The notes under the pieces are model-generated. The model was not told the origin of the DNA. It saw nothing but the letters and a program-made list of their open reading frames with translations, and did no database searches. A program made the position numbers and the translations under genes. A DNA stretch of 63,851 bases, filler included, from Dimargaris cristalligena (Eukaryota), in assembly GCA_003614675.1 (NCBI GenBank). It is 12 parts of 12 records of this genome, joined end to end, with 100 filler letters (N's around TTAATTAATTAA, not from the genome) between each part and the next. Parts side by side here need not be neighbours in the genome. Positions count along the whole stretch, not along the records: positions 58,751 to 63,851 come from ML003670.1; 11 more parts are not named here. One strand, written 5' to 3'. Each line of letters starts with the position of its first letter. Within the stretch, counting starts at the first letter, position 1. Shown in pieces: positions 62,096-63,851 of this stretch.

Positions 62096-63647
62096 ATGAA
62101 GTATGGCCACTTGTTATTCGCATTGCTGGGTGTGTTAATTGACTCAACTCCGGCACTACCTATAGGGGGTCGAGGCAATCGCTGTCACAATCCTACTCCA
62201 ACCCTGGCCCCGCCCCAGTCAATTAAAATCGGAACACCCATTATGGCAGATATCTTGGCACATACCCATCCCCGTACATTATTTAGCCTCATTAACGAAC
62301 CGGATTTCGGACCAGAGGCTCAGTATCAGCTTTGGCGCAACGTAAGTGCCCCAGAAATTCTGCTGCTATTCACATTACCTTGCCGGTCGTTAGACTAACG
62401 GATATGCTCACGGTAAACGTATGGCATTGAATTCCCGCAACTCTAAGTAATCTAGCGTCCGCTATAACACATCCGACACTCGCATACAAATTTCTTTCAA
62501 CTGCATCCCGTAATCCACGTAGGGAATGTCCCAGATGAAGGGCATTTACGCCTCCCAAACTGCCTGGGATACCTATTCGAGCTTCTGGTTCGACCTTGCC
62601 CCTCTAGATATGTGGGACTACATACTTCAGGCCCTAGGTGATCGCTTCGGATCTTCCAGCAACACGCCGCTTCCAACAATCCGAGGTGGTCCTTTGACCG
62701 CACCGTGTACCAATCTTACTTCTATAGAAAGGTTCGCGCTCTATAACCGCAAGCATCCACTGATTCAAGGTACCAACCGCCGAATGAATCTCGTACTGCA
62801 AAGTCTCGACGCCCCGCAAATGGCCCTGTACTTTCCACTAGCCCACCAATTAAATGGTGAGGGTATGTTCCAGCTGGTACAATTGCTGCAGTACGCCACA
62901 GAAACCCCGGTGAACAGCGACTCCCCGATGCCAGACGTGGTGCTTACCAACCCCCAGGATATTGACGTAGCGATGGTGGCTTCGGCCTTAAGTCTCCGGG
63001 CCCGACTACCAGTAATTATTATTCGCACCGTGTATATTGGCGTGTGGGACTTGTATCGGGAAGGAGAAACGGCTGAAATTTTTCGGTTCCTCCGCAGGTA
63101 CATCGGCCCTCACCGAGTCGCGGATGTGCCTCCTTCTCCACCATCAATTGCGCTTAAAATCGTTTTGCATGACGTCGTTTTCCCAATACTGCGGTTTCTA
63201 GTGGTTCTAGCCGCACAGGACCATAGAAACGAAATTATTGATGCAGTTCTCGATTTAGCATCAGCGTATCCTAACCCAACCTCCCAGGAGAGTTTTACTC
63301 CTATTGATCACAATGATTTAATGAGTTGCCTTAATACCTGGGGCCCCGACGTGGCCTTCCTTAGCCTCCGCCCGCGCTGGCCCAAAGGTGCCCTTAAGAT
63401 GCACTCGGTCACTGGTGAATTTTGCCGGTCTTATATTTTGGGTCGCAGTACACTACAGGTAACCAGGATGGGCCAGCTGCAGGTCCAAATACCCCAGGCG
63501 CTCCTAAAGGGGGGGCTGTTCGGTTTGCGGTGGAAAGGGTTGCCGGCTCTGGATGCGAACGTGGATTCGTACGCGTCTTCGCAGGCACACAATTTTATTG
63601 TGCGATGTCCGCAATCCATTCTAAATAGCAATGTTGCCATGGGATAG
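62096..63647 (+). CDS. Secreted protein of unknown function, ~456 aa; join(62096..62341,62523..63647)
   Basis: Signal-peptide-like MKYGHLLFALLGVLIDSTPA; GTAAGT at 62342, AG at 62521-62522, phase 0 into the 373-aa ORF. Confidence 0.8.
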
Positions 63648-63851
63648 CACTCCTACTTCAATTACAATTATATTTGATTAAATAAAACCTTCATAGTTGA
63701 TTGTGTGTTTTTGCATATATACCCAAATCTACCTTGCTATTAGCGTTTTGACCTGGTCATGCAGCGCTGGTATTATGTTGATATGGGAATTTATAGCAAA
63801 CAGTGCGTTGGATGAATTTGACCCTCTAGACTATAAATAGATTTTTGATGG

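Overview
Eukaryotic (fungal) genomic DNA, not one continuous locus. It consists of 12 unrelated contigs of about 5.2 kb, sorted by decreasing length and joined by artificial 100-bp N...TTAATTAATTAA...N spacers. Gene content (GT-AG introns, a Zn2Cys6 factor, an intronless NRPS with epimerase domains, a PA-domain subtilase, orphan secreted proteins) suggests an early-diverging mycoparasitic fungus such as Dimargaris (Zoopagomycota); this assignment is inference. Housekeeping genes: Ddp1-like Nudix hydrolase (3' part), Loa1/Vps66-like acyltransferase, succinyl-CoA ligase alpha, Bst1 (5' part), Sec11, a GH16 enzyme and two probable mitochondrial proteins of unknown function. Repeats are abundant: about 10 copies of a ~550-580 bp LTR (family A) with its degenerate Ty3/Gypsy body, a Copia 5' end, a DIRS element, MITEs, and five ends of a young LTR (family B). 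Main observations: (1) repeats carry a RIP-like CpA->TpA mutation pattern plus CpG loss; (2) all five family-B insertions lie inside other transposons; (3) the NRPS has an E-C-A-T-E layout and an unusual A-domain pocket; (4) there are candidate secreted effectors, one with an F-box-like N-terminus.
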